Shown: positions 18,379-27,205 of the stretch, one piece after another
Layout: each line of letters begins with the position of its first letter
Numbering within the stretch: position 1 is the first letter of the stretch
Origin: Nanobdellota archaeon
GTDB taxonomy: Archaea > Nanobdellota > Nanobdellia > Pacearchaeales > GW2011-AR1
Direction: 5' to 3'
Assembly: GCA_022561055.1 (NCBI GenBank)
Contig: JADFRY010000001.1
Location: 57,025-121,024 of the forward strand
DNA length: 64,000 nt
Made by a program: the position numbers and the translations under genes
Notes under the pieces: generated by a model
Seen by the model: only the letters and a program-made list of their open reading frames with translations
Databases searched by the model: none
Told to the model about the DNA's origin: nothing

Positions 18379-19206
18379 ATGGAAGAATATTATTTTTTGT
18401 TTGGGTTAGCTTTTGTTTGGATAGTTTTTGCAGTTGTGCAGGATTTGAGAACAAAAGAAATCTCAAACTGGTTGAATTTTTCTTTGATTGCTTTTGTTTT
18501 GGCTTATAGAGCTTTTTATAGTGTTTTTGTGAAAGATGTTATGTTTTTTGTTTATGGTTTTTTAGGAGTTTTATTATTTGTTGTTTTAGCGTATTCGTTT
18601 TATTATGGAAGGATTTTTGCAGGTGGAGATGCAAAGTTGTTGATGGGTTTGGGAGGTATTTTTCCTTATCAAAATTTTTATGATTATTTATATATTGGTT
18701 TTGGATTTATTTTTTTGCTTTTTACTGTTGGCGCATTTTATTCTTTAACTTACAGCCTTTTTTTAGTTAGTAAGAAAAGGAAAGTTTTTGCCAGAGAATT
18801 TAAGAAGGAGTTTATTAAAATAAAGAATTGGTTTTATTTTGCAATTATTTTAGCAGTTGTTTTCGGTGTGTTTTTTCGGTTTAATGAATTTGGAATTTTT
18901 AGTTTGAGTTTTTTGATTATTATTATTTTACCTTTTTTATATGCTTATGCCAAAGCTGTTGAGGTGGCTTGTATGATTAAACTCATTTCTCCCGGAAAAT
19001 TGAGAGAAGGCGATTGGTTGGAAAAGAATGTAAAAGTTGGGAGGAAAGTGATTAAGAAATCTGTTCATGGTTTGGCTTGGCAAGATATTGATGTATTAAG
19101 AAAAGCTAAGAAAAAAGTTTGGATAAAAGATGGTGTGCCTTTCACACCAGCATTTTTGTTTGCCTTTGTACTTTTTATCTATATTTATTTAAGGTATTTT
19201 GTGTGA
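18379..19206 (+). CDS. prepilin (preflagellin) peptidase, A24 family (PibD/FlaK-like)
   Basis: Polytopic membrane protein with 'VVQDLRTKEI' (first catalytic Asp region) and 'FAGGDAKLLMGLGG' (GGD-x-KL second Asp motif). Confidence 0.7.
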   Translation: MEEYYFLFGLAFVWIVFAVVQDLRTKEISNWLNFSLIAFVLAYRAFYSVFVKDVMFFVYGFLGVLLFVVLAYSFYYGRIFAGGDAKLLMGLGGIFPYQNFYDYLYIGFGFIFLLFTVGAFYSLTYSLFLVSKKRKVFAREFKKEFIKIKNWFYFAIILAVVFGVFFRFNEFGIFSLSFLIIIILPFLYAYAKAVEVACMIKLISPGKLREGDWLEKNVKVGRKVIKKSVHGLAWQDIDVLRKAKKKVWIKDGVPFTPAFLFAFVLFIYIYLRYFV

Positions 19207-19378
19207 TTACCCACCCAACCCGCCCTTTGCTATCATAATATATCCCTTACTATCATATACATCCCTTATTATCACAATACACATTTTGTTATCGCTATTA
19301 TCACAATATTTAGAATGGAGTTATGTAATTAATAGAGGAAGATTTAATATAGAAATTTAATATAGAATAATATAAAAT

Positions 19379-19990
19379 TTAAGGTATTTTTCTTTTTAGT
19401 TTTATTATTTTGGATTTTTCGGTTTTATTTTTTTTAATTTTGATAATTTCTAGTTTTTTCTCTTCTTTTAATTTTTGTAATACTTCTTTTAATTCTTGCT
19501 CATTTGCTTCGTGTCTTGGGGAATTTATGTTAAGAGGTTCGTCGTAAACAGGAATTATATTTATTATTACCTCGTTGAATTTGGATTCTGTTTGGATTTC
19601 TGTGTTTTTTGCTTTTAGTTTTGATATTATTTTTTTAGAAATTTGTTTTGCTAATGTGAAAGCTTGCTCTGGAATTTGGTTTGTGTTTTTGGCTGGTTTT
19701 TTTGGAATAATTATTGTGTGACCTTTTGATATTGGTCTTATATCGAGAACAGCAATTGCGTCGTTATTTTCGTCAATTTTTTTTGAAGGTATATTCCCTT
19801 TTATAATTAGTCTGAAGACTTTTGCATTCTGCATTTGTTTTTGCTGTTGTTTCAACATTAGTTCTAATGCTTCCGCAGACATCGAATCTATTTGTTTTTC
19901 GGCTTGTTGACGTTGTTCTAGAGGAAGATGTTGGATTTGCTCAGAAAGCTGTTTTTTTAGTTCTTCGATTTGGGTGGGTGTGAGTGGCAT
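19379..19990 (-). CDS. HIT-like domain protein with N-terminal coiled-coil/Gln-rich region
   Basis: 'DAIAVLDIRPISKGHTIIIPKK' matches HIT fold substrate region; histidine triad itself degenerate. Confidence 0.35.
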   Translation of the reverse strand: MPLTPTQIEELKKQLSEQIQHLPLEQRQQAEKQIDSMSAEALELMLKQQQKQMQNAKVFRLIIKGNIPSKKIDENNDAIAVLDIRPISKGHTIIIPKKPAKNTNQIPEQAFTLAKQISKKIISKLKAKNTEIQTESKFNEVIINIIPVYDEPLNINSPRHEANEQELKEVLQKLKEEKKLEIIKIKKNKTEKSKIIKLKRKIP

Positions 19991-20059
19991 TTTTAACCAA
20001 AAGCTTTCTTCCCATTTGTATTCGTTATCATTTTTAAAATACTCTCATCCAAAACTATA

Positions 20060-20140
20060 ACTTTGGAAAACCTCAAGAACTTTTAGTTCTTGGGGCCCAG
20101 AAAACTGATAAGTTTTCTGGGTTTGTAGGAGTCAAACCTA
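20060..20140. repeat. twin-hairpin element, copy 1 (paralog of 58343-58425)
   Basis: CTCAAGAAC-TTTTA-GTTCTTGGGG (20074-20092) and CCCAGAAAACT-GATA-AGTTTTCTGGG (20096-20121) then GGAGTCAAACC. Confidence 0.75.
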
Positions 20141-20413
20141 ACCAAAAGCCCTCCGATAATCTTCTATTTTTACAGATGAGACATTTTCTAGTTGATTCAG
20201 TTTTGATTCTATAATATCTGTGGATTTTTCTTCCGGCCAAGCCATTTTTAGCATTATCGCTTTAAGGCCGAAGGCAATTTCTTTTTCTTCGAAAGAAATA
20301 TTTTTTGCCCCTTGTTCTTCCATAGATTGTTTTGCTTTTTGCTCAATTTGTTTGAGATTCGTGTCTGGAGAAGAGGGCATTATTTTTACTATTACTGCTG
20401 CTATTCCCGGCAT
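20138..20413 (-). CDS. ef1b: translation elongation factor aEF-1 beta
   Basis: 91 aa; 'KIMPSSPDTNL..' and 'EEKEIAFGLKAIMLKMAWPE' match aEF-1beta family. Confidence 0.8.
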   Translation of the reverse strand: MPGIAAVIVKIMPSSPDTNLKQIEQKAKQSMEEQGAKNISFEEKEIAFGLKAIMLKMAWPEEKSTDIIESKLNQLENVSSVKIEDYRRAFG

Positions 20414-20531
20414 GATTTTGTGTATATTGGAAAGTTTTTAAAGATATGTTTGGCTTTCCTGTTTATATCTCTTATTGTATATGTCGTTTTTGTATCATAA
20501 TTCTTTTAAATGGCGGACGTTTTTGAGTGTT

Positions 20532-21425
20532 ATGGATAATTATGATAAGTTGGTTGAGAGGATTTCTAAGTCGTCGGGGATTTCTTTGGAAGAAATTGAG
20601 AGGAAGATTGAGGCTAAGCGTGCGAAACTTTCTGGTTTGATTTCGAAAGAAGGGGCTGCACAAATAGTTGCAGCCGAGTTGGGAATTAGTTTTGATAATG
20701 AAAGATTGAAGATTTCTGAGCTGGTCCATGGGATGAAGAGGATTAATGTTGTCGGTCAGGTAACTAAAATCTTTCCTGTCAGGGAGTTTAATAAAAACGG
20801 AAGAGAAGGAAAAATAGGAAGTTTTCTTTTTGGGGACGATACGTCCAATGTGAGAGTTGTTTTGTGGGATATTAATCATATAGGACTAATAGAAAAGGGA
20901 GAGTTAAAAGAAGGAGATTTTTTTGAGATAACCAATGCTAGTGTTAGGAATGGGGAAATACATTTATCTGGTTTTTCAGATATTAAGTCTAGCAATGAGA
21001 AAATTGAAAATGTTAGAAGAGATAGAGTATTTTCTTTTGGAAAATTAAAAGATGCAAGCCCTGGCCAGAGAATGAGTGTGAGGGCCGTGATAGTTCAAGT
21101 TTTTGAGCCAAAATATTTTAGTCCTAAACAGGAAGGAAGTGAAGAAAAAACCAGAGCTTTGTTGAATTTAGTCTTAGACGATGGAACCGAAACAATTAGG
21201 GCTGTTTTATTCGGGGAGCAGATTAATAAATTAAATCTGACAGATGAAGAGATTTTTTCTTTGGAAAAGTTTAATGAAAAAAAAACAGGTTTGTTAGGTG
21301 AAGAGAAATTCTTTTCAGGGAATTTCAGGACAAATACTTTTTTTAATAATTTAGAAATGGCTATTGAAGAGGTTAAGGATATTGAGGTTGATGAGTTGGT
21401 TAAGGAATTAGAGGCTAAGGCATAG
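20532..21425 (+). CDS. rpa: replication protein A (ssDNA-binding, OB folds)
   Basis: N-terminus MDNYDKLVERISKSSGISLEEIERKIEAK..GAAQIVAAELGI typical archaeal RPA; two OB-like blocks; start moved to Met 20532. Confidence 0.6.
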   Translation: MDNYDKLVERISKSSGISLEEIERKIEAKRAKLSGLISKEGAAQIVAAELGISFDNERLKISELVHGMKRINVVGQVTKIFPVREFNKNGREGKIGSFLFGDDTSNVRVVLWDINHIGLIEKGELKEGDFFEITNASVRNGEIHLSGFSDIKSSNEKIENVRRDRVFSFGKLKDASPGQRMSVRAVIVQVFEPKYFSPKQEGSEEKTRALLNLVLDDGTETIRAVLFGEQINKLNLTDEEIFSLEKFNEKKTGLLGEEKFFSGNFRTNTFFNNLEMAIEEVKDIEVDELVKELEAKA

Positions 21426-21478
21426 ATTTATATTTTCTTTTTTCTTTTTGTTAAACTCTTAAATTTGAGGAAATTCCA

Positions 21479-21928
21479 ATGTTAATGAAAACCCATCTTG
21501 TGATAGGTGCTTTTGCTGTAGTTTTTTTCCTGCCTTATGTTAGTCATAAACTTATTTTTGTTCCTGTTGTTTTGATAGCGAGCCTTTTGCCAGATATAGA
21601 TTCTGGTTTTTCTACTCTTGGCAGGAGAAAAATTTTTAGGCCTTTACAGTTTTTGACTAAACATAGAGGGATTATCCATAGTTTTACTTTTTGCATCGCG
21701 GTTTCTGTTTTGCTTGCTTTTTACTTTCCACTCATAGCTTTTCCTTTCTTCTTAGGCTATGCTTTGCATTTACTCGCTGATTCTTGGACTATTGAGGGAA
21801 TAAGACCATTTTGGCCCTTGAAAGATATTTCCCGCGGAAAGATTAGAGTCGGCGGCACCATGGAGGAGACTGTTTTTATTGTTTTTATTATTCTGGACGC
21901 TATATTTTTGATTTTTTTGTTTATTTAG
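21479..21928 (+). CDS. membrane-bound metal-dependent hydrolase-like protein (DUF457/YdjM-like)
   Basis: 4 TM, conserved His-rich pattern HLVIGA..HRGIIHSFT..HLLADS. Confidence 0.4.
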   Translation: MLMKTHLVIGAFAVVFFLPYVSHKLIFVPVVLIASLLPDIDSGFSTLGRRKIFRPLQFLTKHRGIIHSFTFCIAVSVLLAFYFPLIAFPFFLGYALHLLADSWTIEGIRPFWPLKDISRGKIRVGGTMEETVFIVFIILDAIFLIFLFI

Positions 21929-21961
21929 TATATCCTCAAGCACTAAAATATTTATAAATCA

Positions 21962-22957
21962 ATGACTTGTTTGAATATTATGGCAAAGGAGAAAGAAGAG
22001 AAGGGAGAGAAAGAATACAAATTGACTGATATTCCTGGGATAGGCCCTGGTATTGCCGTGAAATTAGAAGCTTCCGGGATTTATGATTTAATGGGGCTTG
22101 CGGTTATATCTCCGAGTGACTTGGCAGAGTTAGCAGGAGTTGGTACGGCTGTTGCACGAAAGGCGATACAAGCGGCAAGAGGGATGATGAAGCTTGGGTT
22201 TACTGATGGAGCTGAATTTGACAGGAAGAGAAAAGATATAATTTATATTACGACTGGCAGTAAGAATTTTAATGATCTTCTTGGGGGAAAGGGTATTGAA
22301 TCGAAGTCTATGACAGAGGCTTATGGAGCGTTTGGGTCTGGCAAAACACAGCTTGGTTTAACATTAGCAGTTAATGTACAACTGCCTAAAGATAAGGGAG
22401 GAGCAAATGGAAAGGCAGTTTATGTTGATACTGAGGGAACTTTTAGACCCGATAGGATTAGGCAGATTGCAGAAGGAATCGGTGCCAATCCTGAAAAAGT
22501 TTTGAAAAATATTTTAATTGCTAGAGCATTTAACTCAGACCATCAGATTTTATTGATTGATAAAATAACTGAATTAATTAAAAACGGTGAGCCAATAAAA
22601 TTGGTCGTGATAGATTCTTTGACAGCTCATTTTAGAGCAGAGTTTTCTGGCAGAGGACAGTTAGCAGACAGGCAACAGAGATTGAATAGATATTTGCATC
22701 AGTTAATGAAATTAGCAGAGCAGCATAATTTAGCAGTTTATGTTACGAATCAGGTTATGTCAAATCCTGCAATGATGTTTGGAGACCCGACGACTGCTAT
22801 AGGTGGGCATATAGTTGGTCATGCTTCAACTTATAGAATTTATTTGAGGAGAGGAAAAGCTGGGAGCAGGGTTGCGAAGATGATAGATAGTCCGAATTTG
22901 CCTGAGAATGAAGCCCAGTTTTTTGTGACAGGAGCAGGTATTAGGGATGAGGGCTGA
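21962..22957 (+). CDS. radA: DNA repair and recombination protein RadA
   Basis: HhH 'LTDIPGIGPGIAVKLEASGI', Walker A 'GAFGSGKTQ', 'VYVDTEGTFRPDRI', 'LVVIDSLTAHFRAEF'. Confidence 0.9.
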   Translation: MTCLNIMAKEKEEKGEKEYKLTDIPGIGPGIAVKLEASGIYDLMGLAVISPSDLAELAGVGTAVARKAIQAARGMMKLGFTDGAEFDRKRKDIIYITTGSKNFNDLLGGKGIESKSMTEAYGAFGSGKTQLGLTLAVNVQLPKDKGGANGKAVYVDTEGTFRPDRIRQIAEGIGANPEKVLKNILIARAFNSDHQILLIDKITELIKNGEPIKLVVIDSLTAHFRAEFSGRGQLADRQQRLNRYLHQLMKLAEQHNLAVYVTNQVMSNPAMMFGDPTTAIGGHIVGHASTYRIYLRRGKAGSRVAKMIDSPNLPENEAQFFVTGAGIRDEG

Positions 22958-23082
22958 TGTCCCCACGGAGAATTGAACTCCGGTCTTAACCTATTCGCGA
23001 GTTCACTTCTTATGGTAGAGTTCATTACTAAAATGAGCTCCCTCACCGCAAGGTTATGTTCTATCCACTAAACTATGGGGAC
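22958..23082 (-). tRNA. tRNA-Arg (anticodon GCG) with ~53-nt intron at 37/38
   Basis: GTCCCCATAGTTTAGTGGATAGAACA-TAACC-TTGCGG..[intron]..A-GGTTA-AGAC-CGGAGTTCAATTCTCCG-TGGGGAC-A; acceptor and T arm canonical. Confidence 0.75.
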
Positions 23083-23289
23083 TTACAACCCTTAGGATAA
23101 AAAAAATTAGAATATAAATGTTTTTAATTAATTATTCTGATTTTGTCTCTTTACTTAGTAGACTTCTTCTCATGTCCAAATATCTTTCTCTTGCGCCTTC
23201 CACTATTCTATCCATTAGATCATATGCTGTTTGATGGTCTTGTGTTAGTTTTGGCCCTTCTTCTACTTTTAGAACTTTGGCTAAACCCG

Positions 23290-23559
23290 CTAGTGCCCAT
23301 ATAATTTAACATCCTCTTTTTTTATTCCTTGGTTTAGGGTAACAGGAATCATTAACTCTCTTCTTGTCTGTTCAGAGAAAAGGCCACATTCCTTTGCTCG
23401 GATGCTATAAAATTCTCTAATTCCTTGAATAGCTTTTGTTATTTTTCCTCTTTCTGATAAGGGATCTATTTCTTTTCCTTTAAATTTGAGAATTCTTTCT
23501 ACTTCACTTAAGGTTTCTAATGCTTTTGTGTAAAGTTTTCCTCTTTCTTTTTCATTCAT
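23290..23559 (-). CDS. hypothetical small protein (89 aa), co-oriented and adjacent to ndk
   Basis: ORF; helical, Lys/Glu-rich; family not recognised. Confidence 0.35.
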   Translation of the reverse strand: MNEKERGKLYTKALETLSEVERILKFKGKEIDPLSERGKITKAIQGIREFYSIRAKECGLFSEQTRRELMIPVTLNQGIKKEDVKLYGH

Positions 23560-23561
23560 TG

Positions 23562-24128
23562 TTAAAAGTGTTTGTCTAGTTCTTTTTGGTAGTCGTGTAG
23601 TTCTTCTGGTTTAAACCAGAGAGATATCTCTCTTTCCGCGGTTTTTGGAGAGTCTGATGCGTGTATAAGGTTTCTTAGAACTCTTTTATTTTTATCAGAT
23701 AGTTCATAGGATTCTGTCATTGCGAAGTCTCCACGGATTGTCCCTGGTGGGGATTGTCTTGGTTCTGTTGTTCCGACAATTTTTCTTACAATTTCTATTG
23801 CATGAGGTCCTTCGGCAACTATTGCAATGATAGGACCTTCCCTCAAGAAGTTAATATTCCAGGATTGTATTAGTGAGCCGAATTCCATATGGTTTTTATG
23901 CGGGAAAGGCTTTCCTTCTCTTTCATGGGTTTTTTTTGTTGTTTCAAATGATTTTCTAGCCCATTCTTCGTCTAAGGTATAATGGTTTCTTGCTAGATCC
24001 TCGTTTGCCCACACCATTTTCATTCCAATTACTTTTAATCCAATGTTTTCAATGCGAGTTAGTATTTTTCCTATGAGGCTGCGGACCACTCCATCATGTT
24101 TTATTAGGATGAGGGTTTTTTCTTGCAT
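23562..24128 (-). CDS. ndk: nucleoside diphosphate kinase (with ~35-aa internal insertion)
   Basis: 'LILIKHDGV', 'NLIHASDS' active-site His motif, 'GTIRGDFA'. Confidence 0.85.
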   Translation of the reverse strand: MQEKTLILIKHDGVVRSLIGKILTRIENIGLKVIGMKMVWANEDLARNHYTLDEEWARKSFETTKKTHEREGKPFPHKNHMEFGSLIQSWNINFLREGPIIAIVAEGPHAIEIVRKIVGTTEPRQSPPGTIRGDFAMTESYELSDKNKRVLRNLIHASDSPKTAEREISLWFKPEELHDYQKELDKHF

Positions 24129-24246
24129 TAGGTATTTTAGAAAAAATCTGTTTATAAATATATATATATAATCTTTAGGACAAGTGCTGGTGTTATCTAT
24201 TGCTTATTTGCTAAATTATTAAAAAGTCGCCCCTTCTCAATTAGTT

Positions 24247-25473
24247 ATGGAAGTTATTGCTGATTTACAAATTCATTCTAAGTATGCGCGGGCGACTTCT
24301 AGTAATTTGAGCATTGACAACTTGGAAAAATACGGAAGGATGAAGGGTCTTGATTTAATGGGTGTCGGTGATTTTCAACACCCCTTACATAGGAAAGAAA
24401 TTGACGAAAAGCTGACAGAGGACGATAAAGGAATTTTAAGAACGAAGAATGGTTTTGCATTTTTATGGCAGACAGAAGTCAGCCTTATGTATGGTCAAGG
24501 AGGAAAAAGAAGAGCTGTTCATTTGTTAATTTTTGCTCCTAATACAAAACTTGCTGATGAGATTACTAAATATCTGGGAAGTAAAGGTCGTTTGGATTAT
24601 GATGGAAGGCCAATTTTTGGTATGTCATGTAGGGACCTTGTGAAAGATTTGAAAGAGATAGATGATAAAATAGAGATTATTCCTGCACATTGTATGACGC
24701 CTTGGTTTGGACTGTATGGAAGTAAGAGCGGGTTTGATTCTTTGGCTGAGTGTTTTCAAGATCAAGTAGATAAAATTTATGCGATTGAGTCAGGAATGAG
24801 TGCTGATCCTGGAATGCTTTGGAGGTTTGAAGAAGTTGCGAGCGGAAAGGTAAATGTGGTTAGCTTTAGTGATGCGCATAGTTTCTGGCCTTGGCGTATT
24901 GGTCGGGAAGCTACAATTTTTGAAATTCCTGATTTGAGTTATGATAATATTATCAAAGCAATAAGGACTGGTGAGGGTTTAAAAGCCACTATTGAAACGC
25001 CGCCTGCTTACGGCAAATATCATTGGGATGGACATAGAAATTGTAATTTTTCATGTTCACCTTCTGAGAGTAAGAAGTTGAATGGAATTTGTCCGAAATG
25101 CAATAAGCCACTGACGATTGGTGTTGATTATAGAGTTGAGGAAATTGCAAAAGAGCCAGAGGGATATAAACCAGAAAATGCTAAACATTATTATTTGTTG
25201 TTGCCATTGCATGAGCTGATTGCTTTGCATTTTGGTACATCTTTGAGTTCAAAGAAATCTTGGGAGATTTACAATTTTTTGATTAATGATTTTGATAATG
25301 AGTTTAATATTTTGTTGAATATTAGTAATGAAGAAATGATTAGAAAAAAAGTTGATGAGAAACTTGTTGAATTAATTTTATTGAATAGAGAAGGGCGATT
25401 GGAAGTCAAGCCTGGTTATGATGGGGAATATGGTGTCGTGCAACTTCCTGAGAAACAGAAGAAGTTGTTTTAG
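24247..25473 (+). CDS. PHP-domain nuclease, EndoQ-like (TIGR00375 family) with C-terminal Zn ribbon
   Basis: 'ADLQIHSKYARA' PHP His pair at N-terminus, 'FSDAHS', C-terminal 'CPKCNKPL'. Confidence 0.45.
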   Translation: MEVIADLQIHSKYARATSSNLSIDNLEKYGRMKGLDLMGVGDFQHPLHRKEIDEKLTEDDKGILRTKNGFAFLWQTEVSLMYGQGGKRRAVHLLIFAPNTKLADEITKYLGSKGRLDYDGRPIFGMSCRDLVKDLKEIDDKIEIIPAHCMTPWFGLYGSKSGFDSLAECFQDQVDKIYAIESGMSADPGMLWRFEEVASGKVNVVSFSDAHSFWPWRIGREATIFEIPDLSYDNIIKAIRTGEGLKATIETPPAYGKYHWDGHRNCNFSCSPSESKKLNGICPKCNKPLTIGVDYRVEEIAKEPEGYKPENAKHYYLLLPLHELIALHFGTSLSSKKSWEIYNFLINDFDNEFNILLNISNEEMIRKKVDEKLVELILLNREGRLEVKPGYDGEYGVVQLPEKQKKLF

Positions 25474-25596
25474 TTTTTAGGAGCATCTCTGATTTTGATG
25501 AATTTATAATGTGCTTCTTCTGTTTTTTCATTATTAATGGTTTTTTTCAAAGTGTAGATTTTCTTTTTGTTTTTTAGATAAAAGCGGAGTTTCATT

Positions 25597-26430
25597 TTAT
25601 TTTGTTTGTTTATGAAGATCTTTTTTAATTTTTGTTCCGATTAGTTCGAAAACTGCGTAGGGTATTATGACCAGGGCTATCCAGCCTAGGAATAACACCA
25701 TTATAGGTATTTCTAAGAAAGTTATGCTTTGGAAGGGGAAGTTCATATATTGCCATTCTTTTGCAAAAATATTTGGAAATTCATGAATGATCCCTTGTGT
25801 ATATGCAACAACGAGAATTAAAATCCCATATTTTAGAGATTTTGTTACAAATCTCTCTAACAGGTTGTCTTCCTTTACCCTTAGAATTAACTGATTAACT
25901 AAACCGTATCCTCCCCACACTACAAAGAAATAAATAAAAAAACCTTTGAAGGGTATATTCAGTGTGAGCGAGATTATGAGTCCTATTAAGCCTGTAATAA
26001 AAATCACTTTTGTAATAGATAGTGAGCGTTGGTGAGCCCACCTTCTTGCCCTTGGCTTTTCAATAAATATAGATTCTAAGAGGGCAAAAGAATAAACCAT
26101 TGTTAATCCACCCAAAGGATAGATGAATAAGTATAGGATTATGTAGTTGATTAGCGTATAACTTGGGTAGCTCCATAGTTTTGTGACCCATATTCCTAGT
26201 ATGAGGTCTGCAATAATCCCTAAGATAAAAAAAGCAAGGTAGATATTTAAAAAATATCTAAAATTAATTAATTCTTTTTTGTTAATTATTCTGAAAGTTC
26301 CTTTCAACATTAAGAAGATTCCGAGTAATAAAAATAAATAGAATTTATTGTAGTGGTAAATGAAAGCCATGATATTCGCTACAAAAAAAACAATAAATCC
26401 CAAGACTATCTGAATGACGGCTTTTTTCAT
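25597..26430 (-). CDS. polytopic membrane protein
   Basis: ~9 hydrophobic segments; no motif recognised. Confidence 0.4.
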   Translation of the reverse strand: MKKAVIQIVLGFIVFFVANIMAFIYHYNKFYLFLLLGIFLMLKGTFRIINKKELINFRYFLNIYLAFFILGIIADLILGIWVTKLWSYPSYTLINYIILYLFIYPLGGLTMVYSFALLESIFIEKPRARRWAHQRSLSITKVIFITGLIGLIISLTLNIPFKGFFIYFFVVWGGYGLVNQLILRVKEDNLLERFVTKSLKYGILILVVAYTQGIIHEFPNIFAKEWQYMNFPFQSITFLEIPIMVLFLGWIALVIIPYAVFELIGTKIKKDLHKQTK

Positions 26431-26445
26431 TTAAACTCTTTATAT

Positions 26446-27171
26446 TTATTTTACTTCCAATTGAACTTTGAGTTTTTTAGCTTTTTCTTTTATTTCTTCT
26501 AGAACTTTTTCCATGATAGAGTTTGCTATTTTGTAATCCTTTGCTTTTACTAATATTGAGAATTTTGAGGAACCCAGATATCTTATTTCTGCTTTATCTG
26601 TTTTTAATATTTTTTTTATGTCATCAAGTCCAGATTCTGAATTTGTTTTTAATTTTATTATTTCTTTTACTTCTTTTTCTTTATAGTGCTTTACAGAAAA
26701 GAATATTTTTTTTAGTTCTTCTAGTTTAGATTTAGGCACGAATTTTTTAATAATTTCAATAGTTTTGGGAGATTCACGGACCTCCTCTACGAAGTCTGCT
26801 AATTCATATTTCTCCTTTATTTTTTCTAATATATCAGGAGTTTTTTCTTTTAGGATTGGTTTTATCATGTTCGTTAGAATTTTTTCTTTTTTGTATCTTT
26901 CTAATACCTCTTTTCTTTCTTTGGCCGTTACTCTACGCAAACTTAATTCGATATTTCCTGGTTTTATTCTCAATACTTTACAAACAATTTTTTTGTTGGG
27001 AACTACGAAGTCTCTTATATTTCTTATTCTTCCAGGAGAGACTTCTGAGAAAATCATGTTTCCTTGTCCATTTTCTTCTATTTCTAAAAATACAGTAGTG
27101 CCCTCTACTCTTTTCACGGTGCATAAAACAACGTCGTCTTCTTTTAAGTTTAAAGGATTTTCAGATTCCAT
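26446..27171 (-). CDS. eif2a: translation initiation factor aIF-2 alpha subunit
   Basis: S1 domain 'DDVVLCTVKRVEGTTVFLEI', 'ELSLRRVTAKERKEV'. Confidence 0.8.
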   Translation of the reverse strand: MESENPLNLKEDDVVLCTVKRVEGTTVFLEIEENGQGNMIFSEVSPGRIRNIRDFVVPNKKIVCKVLRIKPGNIELSLRRVTAKERKEVLERYKKEKILTNMIKPILKEKTPDILEKIKEKYELADFVEEVRESPKTIEIIKKFVPKSKLEELKKIFFSVKHYKEKEVKEIIKLKTNSESGLDDIKKILKTDKAEIRYLGSSKFSILVKAKDYKIANSIMEKVLEEIKEKAKKLKVQLEVK

Positions 27172-27205
27172 ATTATACTGGTAATTAGATGATTTTTAAA
27201 TATAA

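Noticed and set aside
26523-27184. Several 68-139 aa ORFs antisense to eif2a (26523..26729, 26765..27184, 26856..27098)
   Set aside because: Low-complexity Leu/Phe-rich antisense translations of a well-supported gene.
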